Source: Bacteroidota bacterium (GTDB taxonomy: Bacteria > Bacteroidota > Bacteroidia > Bacteroidales > VadinHA17). From it: 64,000 nucleotides of DNA. Shown here piece by piece: positions 51,457 through 60,378 of this stretch. How positions within the stretch are numbered: position 1 is the first letter of the stretch; each line of letters opens with the position of its first letter. A program made the translations under genes and the position numbers. Under the pieces are notes generated by a model, which made no database searches, was not told the DNA's origin, and saw only the letters and a program-made list of their open reading frames with translations. The DNA lies in assembly GCA_011049175.1 (NCBI GenBank), contig DSCJ01000115.1, forward strand, positions 6,402 through 70,401, written 5' to 3'.

Positions 51457-51570
51457 TTGCCCTGTCTGGTCATAGAATCATCATTCCTCGGTGCAAAGAA
51501 TGATTCCCGGTATAATAAAAAGCCGGTAGGCAAAATGGGGTGTTGATATTGTTCAATTCGCAAAAATCCA

Positions 51571-51578
51571 TAACTTTG
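51571..51578 (+). promoter_or_regulatory. -7 promoter box for tRNA-Gln
   Basis: TAACTTTG about 20 nt upstream of the tRNA. Confidence 0.75.
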
Positions 51579-51596
51579 CACACCGGAAAAGCAGAT

Positions 51597-51672
51597 TGCC
51601 CCGTGGTGTAATTGGCAACACGTCTGACTCTGGATCAGAAGAGTTCAGGTTCGAGCCCTGACGGGGCAACCA
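51597..51672 (+). tRNA. tRNA-Gln (anticodon CTG)
   Basis: Acceptor stem TGCCCCG/CGGGGCA, anticodon arm TCTGA-CTCTGGA-TCAGA, T loop GGTTCGAGCC, encoded CCA. Confidence 0.96.
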
Positions 51673-51681
51673 CCTAAGAAA

Positions 51682-51712
51682 GGCCGCAGCCGCAGGTTGC
51701 GGCCATTTTTTT
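51682..51712 (+). terminator. Terminator after the tRNA
   Basis: GGCCGCAGCC-GCA-GGTTGCGGCC followed by ATTTTTT. Confidence 0.75.
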
Positions 51713-51850
51713 GCGGCACGGCAGAATGAAAGTTCTTTCATTGATGCCGGGCCGCGAAAAATTGGTCCCCGCAGGGAACTTTCTTTGGTGGTTTGACTTT
51801 TCCCGAGAGGCCCACGAGCCCTGACACCACACGTCAGGGCGAGTAGCTTC

Positions 51851-51870
51851 CCCTGACGGGGCAACCACCT
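51851..51870 (+). repeat. 20-bp direct repeat of the tRNA-Gln 3' end
   Basis: CCCTGACGGGGCAACCACCT is identical to 51656-51675. Confidence 0.93.
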
Positions 51871-52105
51871 TTTAAATCTTTCCCATCTTAAGATAGGGTG
51901 GCTGCGAAGGGAACCAAGCATATGGTAAAATACTCCGGATGGAAAAGATCTGTGATTTCCCGGCCCCGGGACCTAACCCTTTGGGGAAATTCTCCGGCAA
52001 ATGATTGATTAATGGAAAAAATTGGCAGGTATTTGATGTTGAATCCGCAGATTTTGGGATAGTATTGTTTAATAATCTATTTCTTCATTCACTAAAGTTA
52101 CTATC

Positions 52106-53731
52106 ATGACAAAGCACATTCCACTGATCATTGCCCTGACATTTGGAATCATAGCAGCTAACAGTTGCAGCCAGCCGGGGCAGGGCCCGATTGAGGCAGG
52201 CGAAAACATCGCAGTGGTTTCCACCGAATACGGAAAAGTCCGCGGATATATCGACGACGGCATCTTTGCCTTCAAAGGCATCCCCTATGCCCGCGCCGAC
52301 CGCTTCATGCCTCCCCAGGCCCCCGATAAATGGGAAGATGTACGCCAGTGTACCATTTACGGCCCGCAGGCCATGCAGAACAAAGCACAGAACTGGCGAG
52401 GACAGAGTGATGAAAATTTCGGTTTCCAGTTTTGCATCGAACCGATGGATGAAAAAGAGTGCCTGGTTCTCAATGTGTGGACGCAGGGTATCAACGACGG
52501 CAAAAAACGCCCGGTATGGGTATGGATCCATGGCGGAGGGTACTCTGCCGGTTCGGCCAACCAGCTGCCTTTCTTCGATGGGCGTTCACTGGCTGCCAAA
52601 GGCGATATCGTGGTGGTTACGGTCAACCACCGGCTGAACACCCTGGGTTACCTTGATTTGAGAGGTGTGGGAGAAAAATATTCCGAATCGGTGAACCTTG
52701 GGATGCAGGACCTGGTAGCCGCCCTGCAGTGGGTTCATGACAATATTACTCAATTCGGAGGAGACCCGGGCATGGTAACCATTGACGGTCAGTCGGGCGG
52801 CGGCGGGAAAGTATCCACCCTGATGGCCATGCCTTCGGCATCAGGACTTTTCCACCGGGCCATTGTTCAGAGCGGATCGACACTGACGGTCGGTAACAGT
52901 GAAGCCAGCAAGGCTTTCGGCCTGGCCTTCATAGAGGCACTGGGCATCACCCCCGAAGAGGCAGACAAGCTGAACGATTTCACTTATGAGGAACTTGTGG
53001 CGGCCAGCCGGCGCGCTTCGATGAAAATGAGAGAATCGGGACAATTCATGATGAGGGGAGGAGAAGGACCCACCGTGGACGGGAAATACATAACGCAACA
53101 TCCGTTCGAACCTACCCCCGCAGAATTCTCAAAAGACGTGCCCATGCTGATCGGCTCCAACCTGAACGAATTCGGGTACCGGAACCGCCAGATCATCACT
53201 CCCCAGACCATGGAGCAGGTTAAAGCCACGCTTACCGAACGTTATGGGGCAGAAAATGCCGAAAAGTATATTGCGGCATACCAGGAAGCCTATCCTGACG
53301 ACGACCAGCCTCAGCATATTCTCACCACATCCGTTCGTACGAACGCCATTAAGCAGGCCTCTGTCAAGAATGCACAGGGTGGTGCACCCGCGTATGTTTA
53401 TCTGTTTGAATGGCAGTCGCCGGTGAATGATGGCAGCCTGGGAGCAGCCCATGGAATGGAACTGCCTTTCATGTTCAATAACATTGCCATGGCACGCACG
53501 TTAACCGGTGGCGGGAAAGAAGCCTACGAGCTTGCCGATAAAATCAGTTCAGCCTGGATCAGCTTTGTGAAAACCGGCGATCCCAACTGCCAAGAATTGC
53601 CGGAATGGGCACCCTATTCCCCGGAAGAAGGGGCCACCATGGTATTTGATAACCAGTGTGAAGTACGGTATAATTTTGATCAGTCATTAATCGATTTTGT
53701 TTCGAGCCTGCCGCCCCGGGGCAGAAGATAA
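52106..53731 (+). CDS. Type-B carboxylesterase, probable lipoprotein
   Basis: ANSC lipobox, FKGIPYA, CLVLNVWT, WIHGGG, GQSGGG, SNLNE and AHGMEL. Confidence 0.9.
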   Translation: MTKHIPLIIALTFGIIAANSCSQPGQGPIEAGENIAVVSTEYGKVRGYIDDGIFAFKGIPYARADRFMPPQAPDKWEDVRQCTIYGPQAMQNKAQNWRGQSDENFGFQFCIEPMDEKECLVLNVWTQGINDGKKRPVWVWIHGGGYSAGSANQLPFFDGRSLAAKGDIVVVTVNHRLNTLGYLDLRGVGEKYSESVNLGMQDLVAALQWVHDNITQFGGDPGMVTIDGQSGGGGKVSTLMAMPSASGLFHRAIVQSGSTLTVGNSEASKAFGLAFIEALGITPEEADKLNDFTYEELVAASRRASMKMRESGQFMMRGGEGPTVDGKYITQHPFEPTPAEFSKDVPMLIGSNLNEFGYRNRQIITPQTMEQVKATLTERYGAENAEKYIAAYQEAYPDDDQPQHILTTSVRTNAIKQASVKNAQGGAPAYVYLFEWQSPVNDGSLGAAHGMELPFMFNNIAMARTLTGGGKEAYELADKISSAWISFVKTGDPNCQELPEWAPYSPEEGATMVFDNQCEVRYNFDQSLIDFVSSLPPRGRR

Positions 53732-53970
53732 CAGGATCTGCCGCTATTCCCAGAATACTATTCTGAGAGCAGGCCTTACGCAAGGGACGCCTGTCAGGAT
53801 ACTTATTTATTAAAACCGGATTTCCCCGGCTTTGGGAGGCAATCAACCACCCTGCCGCCCATATTGTCGGAACCGCATACATACACCCTTATATCCTTCC
53901 TATGAAGGGGAAGGTGGAATCCGCCGACAGGCGGAAGACGGAAGGGGTTTGATGGAAAGATTCTTAAGCA

Positions 53971-54000
53971 AAGGCCGGGAAATAATCATTTCCCGGCCTT
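53971..54000. repeat. Perfect 13-bp inverted repeat (hairpin)
   Basis: AAGGCCGGGAAAT-AATC-ATTTCCCGGCCTT. Confidence 0.75.
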
Positions 54001-54531
54001 AAGAAAGAATATATTTAGGGGAACCAACCAATCCAACCCGCCTTCAGCAGGGCATCCCTCCTTTCACACTCCACTCCGCCTTCTGTGGGACGCCCCGCTT
54101 TTAAAGGAAGAGATTTTCAGTCAGGAAGGCGAAAATGGTACAGTGCGAACCTGCTGCAGGGCTTACCGGAATAAAATCATCTCTTCGTATGTTCCCCTTC
54201 CTCTCCGTACGAAAATAAAGTGTACAATATACACTATCAGGCAAATCCACGGCTGATAAGAGCAGGATAAGCAAATTATTATAATAAACGGACAAAATAG
54301 TATCAATGCGGGGGATGAAGTATGTTTAATTTTATAGTTGTTCACAAGCAGCAGCTATGCAGAACAAAGCTCCCAGGCACTTTCCCCGTTCGGCATCTGT
54401 AATCCCTATTTTTTTCAGATTGCACAGCATAGCCGGGCTGTTCCCGGAACGGCATCTGATCGCAGCGTATCGGTCCCATCCGGAATTTCTGCTGAAATAT
54501 TCATCCTAACCAAAACAAAAAACCCAACACT

Positions 54532-57500
54532 ATGAAACAACTTTTTGTGATGATTCTCTTTTTCATCAGTCTTGGCCTTTACGGCCAGCGACTGACGGTA
54601 ACGGGGACGGTCACCGAGGAATCTACCGGTGAATCGATACCCGGTGTGGCTGTGGTTATCAAAGGGACCACTTTTGGTACAACAACCGATAGCAATGGCC
54701 AATACTCCATTGAGGCCTCCGTGAATGATGTGCTTGTTTTTTCCTTTCTGGGTATGCAGACACGGGAAGTTACCGTTACATCCTCGAGAATAGATGTGGC
54801 ACTTGTTCCGGAGCTCATTGACCTGGAAGAGGTGGTAGTAACAGGATACGGCATCCAGAAGAAGGCATTGATCACGGGAGCCAACCAGAATGTGAAAGGG
54901 GAGCAAATCGCGGAGCTGAACACCGGAACTGCCATGGAAGCCCTGCAGGGGCTCACTCCCGGTGTAAGCATTACCCGGAACAATGGTCAGCCCGGAGCGG
55001 GCACCAAGGTACACATACGCGGGATGGGAACCATATACGATGCGGATCCTCTGTACATTGTAGACGGGGTTCCGGTAGGCAACATCGATTACCTGAACCC
55101 GTCGGACATTGAATCGGTCGACATTCTGAAAGACGCTGCCTCGGCTGCCATTTACGGGGCCAGGGCCGCCAACGGTGTGATCCTGGTAACCACCAGCAAG
55201 GGTGAAAGAGGCACCCGGCCGATGGTACGGTACGACACCTATTACGGACTGCAGAACATTTACCGGAACCTGACCCCCCTGACGGCTCAGGAGTACATGT
55301 ATATCATGGACGAGGGCCGGGTAAACGACGGCCTGGAGCCCTATGACTGGGAAACCATGCTGAAGAACAACAGCTGGCTGAACAACAATTTCCCCGATGA
55401 CCTGGGCACTCAGCTCGGTGAAGAGATATGGGCTATGTTGCAGGACGGCTGGGAGGGAACCAACTGGATCAACGAGATCACCAAGGAGGATGCCCCCATG
55501 GTAAGCCACGCCCTGTCGGTTACAGGAGGCAGCAGCAATGTTATTTACTCTCTGGGATTTTCTTATCTCGACCAGACGGGGATCATTGCCGGTGATCTGA
55601 TCGATGCCGGCCTGAAGAGGATGACGGCCAGGATCAATACGGAATATATTCTGTACCGGGCCGACGACTATGACATCATTAAGGTGGGTGAAAATTTCAC
55701 CTACACCAATAATGTGAACCGGTCGGTGGGAACAGGGAATATTTACTGGAACGACCTGCACGACGCTCTGGTTATCAACCCGCTGATGCCGGCATACTGG
55801 GACAAGTCGCCCGATCCCCATGGTTTTACCCCCATCCTGGAAGGAATATCTAACAACCAGACAAACCCGCTGGCCACCTGTTTTTACAGGCACAATTACG
55901 GCTGGTACAAGGGGAACGACATCAAGGGAAATGTGTATGCGGAAATCCAGCCCATTAAGAATCTGGTGTACCGTTCGGCCTTTGGTATTGATGCCTGGTT
56001 TGGAAGCGGCAGGTCGTGGAGCCCCACATACGCCCTGGGAACACTTTACAGCAATCCCAAGGATGCTGTAAACCAGAACATGTATTTCGGGAACAACTGG
56101 ACATGGACCAACACCCTGACCTACGACCTGCACCTGGGCGATCACAGGATCACCGCCCTGGTGGGGAACGAACTGTACAAGAACCAGATTAACAGGGAAG
56201 TAGGGGGATGGATGGCCGATTCAAGGTTTCAGGATCCCGACTATGCCTATCTGAACAATGTAGATAAAAGCGATGTGAACTCTATCAGCACCTGGGGAGC
56301 CGATTGGGCTGCCGGAGGAGGGGGGATCATGTCGTATATCGGAAGGCTGCAGTATAACTTCAGGGAAAAGTACCTGTTCACCGCCATCATGCGGGCCGAC
56401 GGTTCGTCCAATTTTGCGGAAGGCAAAAGATGGGGAACCTTCCCCTCAGTAGCCGTTGGATGGGTAATTTCCGAAGAAGACTTCATGATCGGCACATCTG
56501 ACATGCTGAATTTTGCCAAGCTCAGGGCCAGCTGGGGGCAGAACGGAAACCAATCGATCGATAATTTCATTTACAGTTCAACCATCCGATACCTGAGCCC
56601 GGGATACTATTTCGGTGAATCCAAAACCGTTTCGCAACCCACAGCCGTACCTGCCCGCGTTACCAATCCCGATGTAACATGGGAAACTTCGGAACAGCTC
56701 AACATCGGGCTGGATGCCCGGTTGTTCAACCACCGCATGTCGCTCACTTTTGACTGGTACCGGAAAATGACCAGAGACTGGCTGGTGGTAGCCCCCATAC
56801 TCGGAACGGCAGGCGCCGACGCCCCGTGGATCAACGGAGGGGATATCATGAACAGGGGATTTGAAGTGTCGGTTGGCTGGGACGACAGTTTCGGCGACCT
56901 GAACTACGGTATTTCGGTAATGGGAGCACACAACCACAACGAAATTACCCGGATCGCCAATGCCGACGGGATCATTCACGGTCCCGCACACGTATTGTCG
57001 CAGGGAACGGCAGCCATTTCGCGGTGCGAGGTGGGTTATCCCATCGGGTATTTCTATGGTTTTGAAACCGACGGAATCCTGCAGAACCAGGACGATGTGG
57101 ATGCCTACGTCACGCCGGAAGGAACTCCCTACTTCAGCGACCAGCGGCCGGGTGACATCAAGTTTGTCGATCAGAACCTGGACGGGGTGATTGATGAACA
57201 GGACAAGGTCATGATTGGGGATCCGAATCCCGATTTCGAACTGGGCATGCAACTGCATGCCGATTACAAAGGGATCTATGCCAGCGCCACCCTCACAGGG
57301 CGTTTTGGAATGCAGGTAGCAAGGTCATACCGTTCGTTCGCCGACAATTTCGACCAGAACTATACCACCGATATTTTCAACCGCTGGCACGGGGAAGGAA
57401 CCTCAGACCGGATCCCTCGCCTGAGTTCTTCTTCCCACAGGAACACGAACTTCATATCCGATATCTATATCCATGACGCCGATTACCTGAGGATCAGCAA

Positions 57501-57723
57501 CCTCACGGTGGGATATATGCTGGACGACCTGCTCAGGGACTTCAATGCCGTTTCAAGTGCCAAAGTGTATGTGGCCTTCAAAAACCTGCACACTTTCACA
57601 AAATACGACGGAATGGATCCTGAGGTGAGTTTCGGACATGATGCAAGCTGGGCATCGGGGATAGACCTTGGTTTATACCCGCAGGCCAGAACGGTGATGT
57701 TCGGTTTAAGTGTTTCTTTTTAA
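54532..57723 (+). CDS. susC: SusC/RagA TonB-dependent transporter
   Basis: PLYIVDG, ILKDAASAAIYGARAANGVILVTT, RADGSSNF, KLRASWG, WETSEQ and YPQART..GLSVSF. Confidence 0.95.
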   Translation: MKQLFVMILFFISLGLYGQRLTVTGTVTEESTGESIPGVAVVIKGTTFGTTTDSNGQYSIEASVNDVLVFSFLGMQTREVTVTSSRIDVALVPELIDLEEVVVTGYGIQKKALITGANQNVKGEQIAELNTGTAMEALQGLTPGVSITRNNGQPGAGTKVHIRGMGTIYDADPLYIVDGVPVGNIDYLNPSDIESVDILKDAASAAIYGARAANGVILVTTSKGERGTRPMVRYDTYYGLQNIYRNLTPLTAQEYMYIMDEGRVNDGLEPYDWETMLKNNSWLNNNFPDDLGTQLGEEIWAMLQDGWEGTNWINEITKEDAPMVSHALSVTGGSSNVIYSLGFSYLDQTGIIAGDLIDAGLKRMTARINTEYILYRADDYDIIKVGENFTYTNNVNRSVGTGNIYWNDLHDALVINPLMPAYWDKSPDPHGFTPILEGISNNQTNPLATCFYRHNYGWYKGNDIKGNVYAEIQPIKNLVYRSAFGIDAWFGSGRSWSPTYALGTLYSNPKDAVNQNMYFGNNWTWTNTLTYDLHLGDHRITALVGNELYKNQINREVGGWMADSRFQDPDYAYLNNVDKSDVNSISTWGADWAAGGGGIMSYIGRLQYNFREKYLFTAIMRADGSSNFAEGKRWGTFPSVAVGWVISEEDFMIGTSDMLNFAKLRASWGQNGNQSIDNFIYSSTIRYLSPGYYFGESKTVSQPTAVPARVTNPDVTWETSEQLNIGLDARLFNHRMSLTFDWYRKMTRDWLVVAPILGTAGADAPWINGGDIMNRGFEVSVGWDDSFGDLNYGISVMGAHNHNEITRIANADGIIHGPAHVLSQGTAAISRCEVGYPIGYFYGFETDGILQNQDDVDAYVTPEGTPYFSDQRPGDIKFVDQNLDGVIDEQDKVMIGDPNPDFELGMQLHADYKGIYASATLTGRFGMQVARSYRSFADNFDQNYTTDIFNRWHGEGTSDRIPRLSSSSHRNTNFISDIYIHDADYLRISNLTVGYMLDDLLRDFNAVSSAKVYVAFKNLHTFTKYDGMDPEVSFGHDASWASGIDLGLYPQARTVMFGLSVSF

Positions 57724-57744
57724 AACAGAAAAAACAAACAACCC

Positions 57745-59448
57745 ATGAAGAAACTTATATATATCATTTCTGTTACACTCCTGGTGGTCATAGCTACCGG
57801 CTGTGAAGACTTTCTGGATACAAGAAACCTGTATGAGAAAAGTCTGGATAATTACTACGAGACACCCCAGGATATCAACGAAGCCATGGCAGGTGTATAC
57901 CATGCCATGTACACCCCCGATGTGCTCAGTATGGAAGGATTGGCCGCAAACCTCCTTTCGGATATGATGCTGGGAGGCGGAGGACCCGATGACAAAACCG
58001 CAAAAAGGATTGATGATTTCACGGATCCCGAGGAAGATACCTATCACGACCTCTGGAAACAATCGTACAACGGTATCTACCGGGCCAACACCATTATTGA
58101 GAAAGTGCAGGATGCCGATTTCTCGGAACATTTCTATACCGAGGAAGAAGCCACCGAGTTCAAGAACCAGGCTCTGGGAGAGGCCTATTTCATGAGGGCT
58201 TTCTTTTATTTCAGACTGGGCAAATTTTTTGGCGGGGTGCCCCTGATCCTTTCCGTTGATGCACCAAGGGATGTCCCGAGAGCATCCTTTACGGAAACCT
58301 TCGCACAGATCGCATCCGATCTGGTCATGGCCATTGAAACCATGCCCGGCAAACCGATCACCGAGATCCCGCTCGAACGGTACGGTCATGCAACCAAATG
58401 GGTGGCTGAAGGTTATCTGGGAAGAGTATACCTTTTTTATACCGGTTATATGACCAACATGGAGAATTCATCGACCAGCGAGCTTCCCCTGGCCGACGGC
58501 GGATCCCTGTCAGCCACGCAGGTGGCCGGATACCTGGAAGACTGTATTGACAACAGCGACCATGAGCTGGCAGAAGACTTCCGGAACCTGTGGCCATACT
58601 CATACATAAATGAGAGTGCCGGTGCCGTGGTTTTGCCCTGGGCAGAGGCCGAAGGCCTTGCCTGGGTGGGACAGGACGGGCCTTTTTCCAACATCGGAAC
58701 CGGGAATTTTGAAACCATGTTTGTCACCCGGTATGCTTTCGGTAACTGGCAGTGGGGCCAGTATTACAACAACCGGCTGCCTCTGTACTTCGGCATGCGT
58801 GACAATTCCCTGGTCCCGTTCGGCCAGGGATGGGGCTGGGGAACCGTGAATTACCAGTTCTGGCAGGGCTGGGACGACAACGACCCGAGAAAGAAAGGCT
58901 CTATCCTGGAAACCGGAAGCGCAGAAATGGGAACACAGGATTATGCAGGGGACAAGGGAGACCATGAAACAGGCTATTTTAACAAGAAATATCACAGCCT
59001 GCAGCATGACGGTCCTGACGGAGTATGCGGCATGTTCTATTACGTTTACGGTATCACCAACAAAGACATGCAGCTGTGGCATGCCCAGGATTATATCCTG
59101 CTGCGTTTTGCCGATGTTTTGCTCATGCACTCGGAGATCACGCAAACCCCGGACGGAATGGACGAGGTACGGGATCGGGCCGAACTGATTCCTCACGGAA
59201 CCTATTCACTGGCAAACCTGAAAGAAGAGCGCAAATACGAATTTGCCTTTGAAGGATTGCGCTGGTTCGACCTGGTACGCTGGGGCGATGTGAATACCGC
59301 CTTCGACTATACCCTGGATGTAAGAAACTCGGGCATGGATGCAGAGTACAGCGTGACATACCGGCCCGAGACCAAGGGCCTGCTGCCCATACCGGAAACG
59401 GAGATCCGGCTTTCCAACGGCGTGTATCAACAAAATCCGGGCTGGTAA
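57745..59448 (+). CDS. susD: SusD/RagB lipoprotein
   Basis: TGCEDFLD lipobox, GEAYFMRA, LRFADVLLM, ER.YEFAFEG.RWFDLVRWG and QNPGW. Confidence 0.94.
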   Translation: MKKLIYIISVTLLVVIATGCEDFLDTRNLYEKSLDNYYETPQDINEAMAGVYHAMYTPDVLSMEGLAANLLSDMMLGGGGPDDKTAKRIDDFTDPEEDTYHDLWKQSYNGIYRANTIIEKVQDADFSEHFYTEEEATEFKNQALGEAYFMRAFFYFRLGKFFGGVPLILSVDAPRDVPRASFTETFAQIASDLVMAIETMPGKPITEIPLERYGHATKWVAEGYLGRVYLFYTGYMTNMENSSTSELPLADGGSLSATQVAGYLEDCIDNSDHELAEDFRNLWPYSYINESAGAVVLPWAEAEGLAWVGQDGPFSNIGTGNFETMFVTRYAFGNWQWGQYYNNRLPLYFGMRDNSLVPFGQGWGWGTVNYQFWQGWDDNDPRKKGSILETGSAEMGTQDYAGDKGDHETGYFNKKYHSLQHDGPDGVCGMFYYVYGITNKDMQLWHAQDYILLRFADVLLMHSEITQTPDGMDEVRDRAELIPHGTYSLANLKEERKYEFAFEGLRWFDLVRWGDVNTAFDYTLDVRNSGMDAEYSVTYRPETKGLLPIPETEIRLSNGVYQQNPGW

Positions 59449-59481
59449 AAAATGATGATGGAAATCAAAAAATACAGAACA

Positions 59482-60285
59482 ATGAAAAACAAAATCATAT
59501 CAAGCCTCTTTACCGGGATCCTCACACTGGCCTTTATCGCCTGTGAACCCATCGCTGAAAGGGAAACCCTTGAAAACAGCACAACGGTTGACGGAGTGAC
59601 TCTCGTGGCAACCCAGAGCACACAGGGCGGAAATGAGATCACCCTGGAAATGACCACCCCCGGAGTAACCGGTTACTGGAATTACAACCTGGGGAAGGCC
59701 CTGACCAACAAGGTGACATTTATTTATCCCATTCCCGGGACCAACACATTCACTTTTGTTGGAACCCTCGGAGCCGAATTTTTCGAAAAGACCATTGATG
59801 TCCAGGTAGACCAGCTCGACCATGCCCTTAACCAGGACTGGTATGACCTGGTCAGCGAAAATACAGCTGCCGGCAAAACCTGGGTATTTGACGGTGTCCC
59901 CGGCGACGGGGAACGCTGGTGGTATATGTCGGCTCCCTATAACTGGGAGGAACTGTGGTGGAATGCAGGGGGTTCGGGCGACATGCCCCCGGTAGATGCG
60001 TCGGGGAAAATGGTGTTTGACCTGGACGGAGCTGCCAATTACACCTATTATGCGGCACCCGATGCCGATCCCGAGGCGGGCAGTTTCGTACTGGATGTCA
60101 AGAACCAGACACTCAAGGTAAACGGACCCAATATTCTCGGAGGGGCCGCCACAGAGGGTTACGATATCGGGAACCACGACGGCCTGTACCAGATCATTTC
60201 GCTGACCGGGGATGAAATGATCCTGTATGTGGATAATAATGCCTGGGGCACAGGCTGGACCTGGCATTTCAAGCCGGCAGAATAA
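59482..60285 (+). CDS. Surface lipoprotein, probable glycan-binding protein (susE position)
   Basis: FIACEP lipobox, Trp-rich, directly after susD. Confidence 0.7.
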   Translation: MKNKIISSLFTGILTLAFIACEPIAERETLENSTTVDGVTLVATQSTQGGNEITLEMTTPGVTGYWNYNLGKALTNKVTFIYPIPGTNTFTFVGTLGAEFFEKTIDVQVDQLDHALNQDWYDLVSENTAAGKTWVFDGVPGDGERWWYMSAPYNWEELWWNAGGSGDMPPVDASGKMVFDLDGAANYTYYAAPDADPEAGSFVLDVKNQTLKVNGPNILGGAATEGYDIGNHDGLYQIISLTGDEMILYVDNNAWGTGWTWHFKPAE

Positions 60286-60302
60286 TACCGGAATGTTTCA
60301 GG

Positions 60303-60342
60303 AAAAGAGGGTTTTATACCGGCCGGTATAAAATCCTCTTTT
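60303..60342. terminator. Long intra-PUL hairpin
   Basis: AAAAGAGGGTTTTATACC-GGCC-GGTATAAAATCCTCTTTT. Confidence 0.7.
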
Positions 60343-60378
60343 TACTTTCGTATAGCCAACAATAATACCCGAAGAAAT

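Noticed and set aside
51345-51921. Short ORFs around the tRNA (51345-51581, 51553-51921, 51674-51868)
   Set aside because: They overlap the tRNA, its promoter or the repeats and show no protein-like features.
54415-56145. 576-aa antisense ORF (also 6500-7693, 19354-20499, 42473-43540)
   Set aside because: These lie opposite well-supported genes, have no motifs, and are expected from codon bias.
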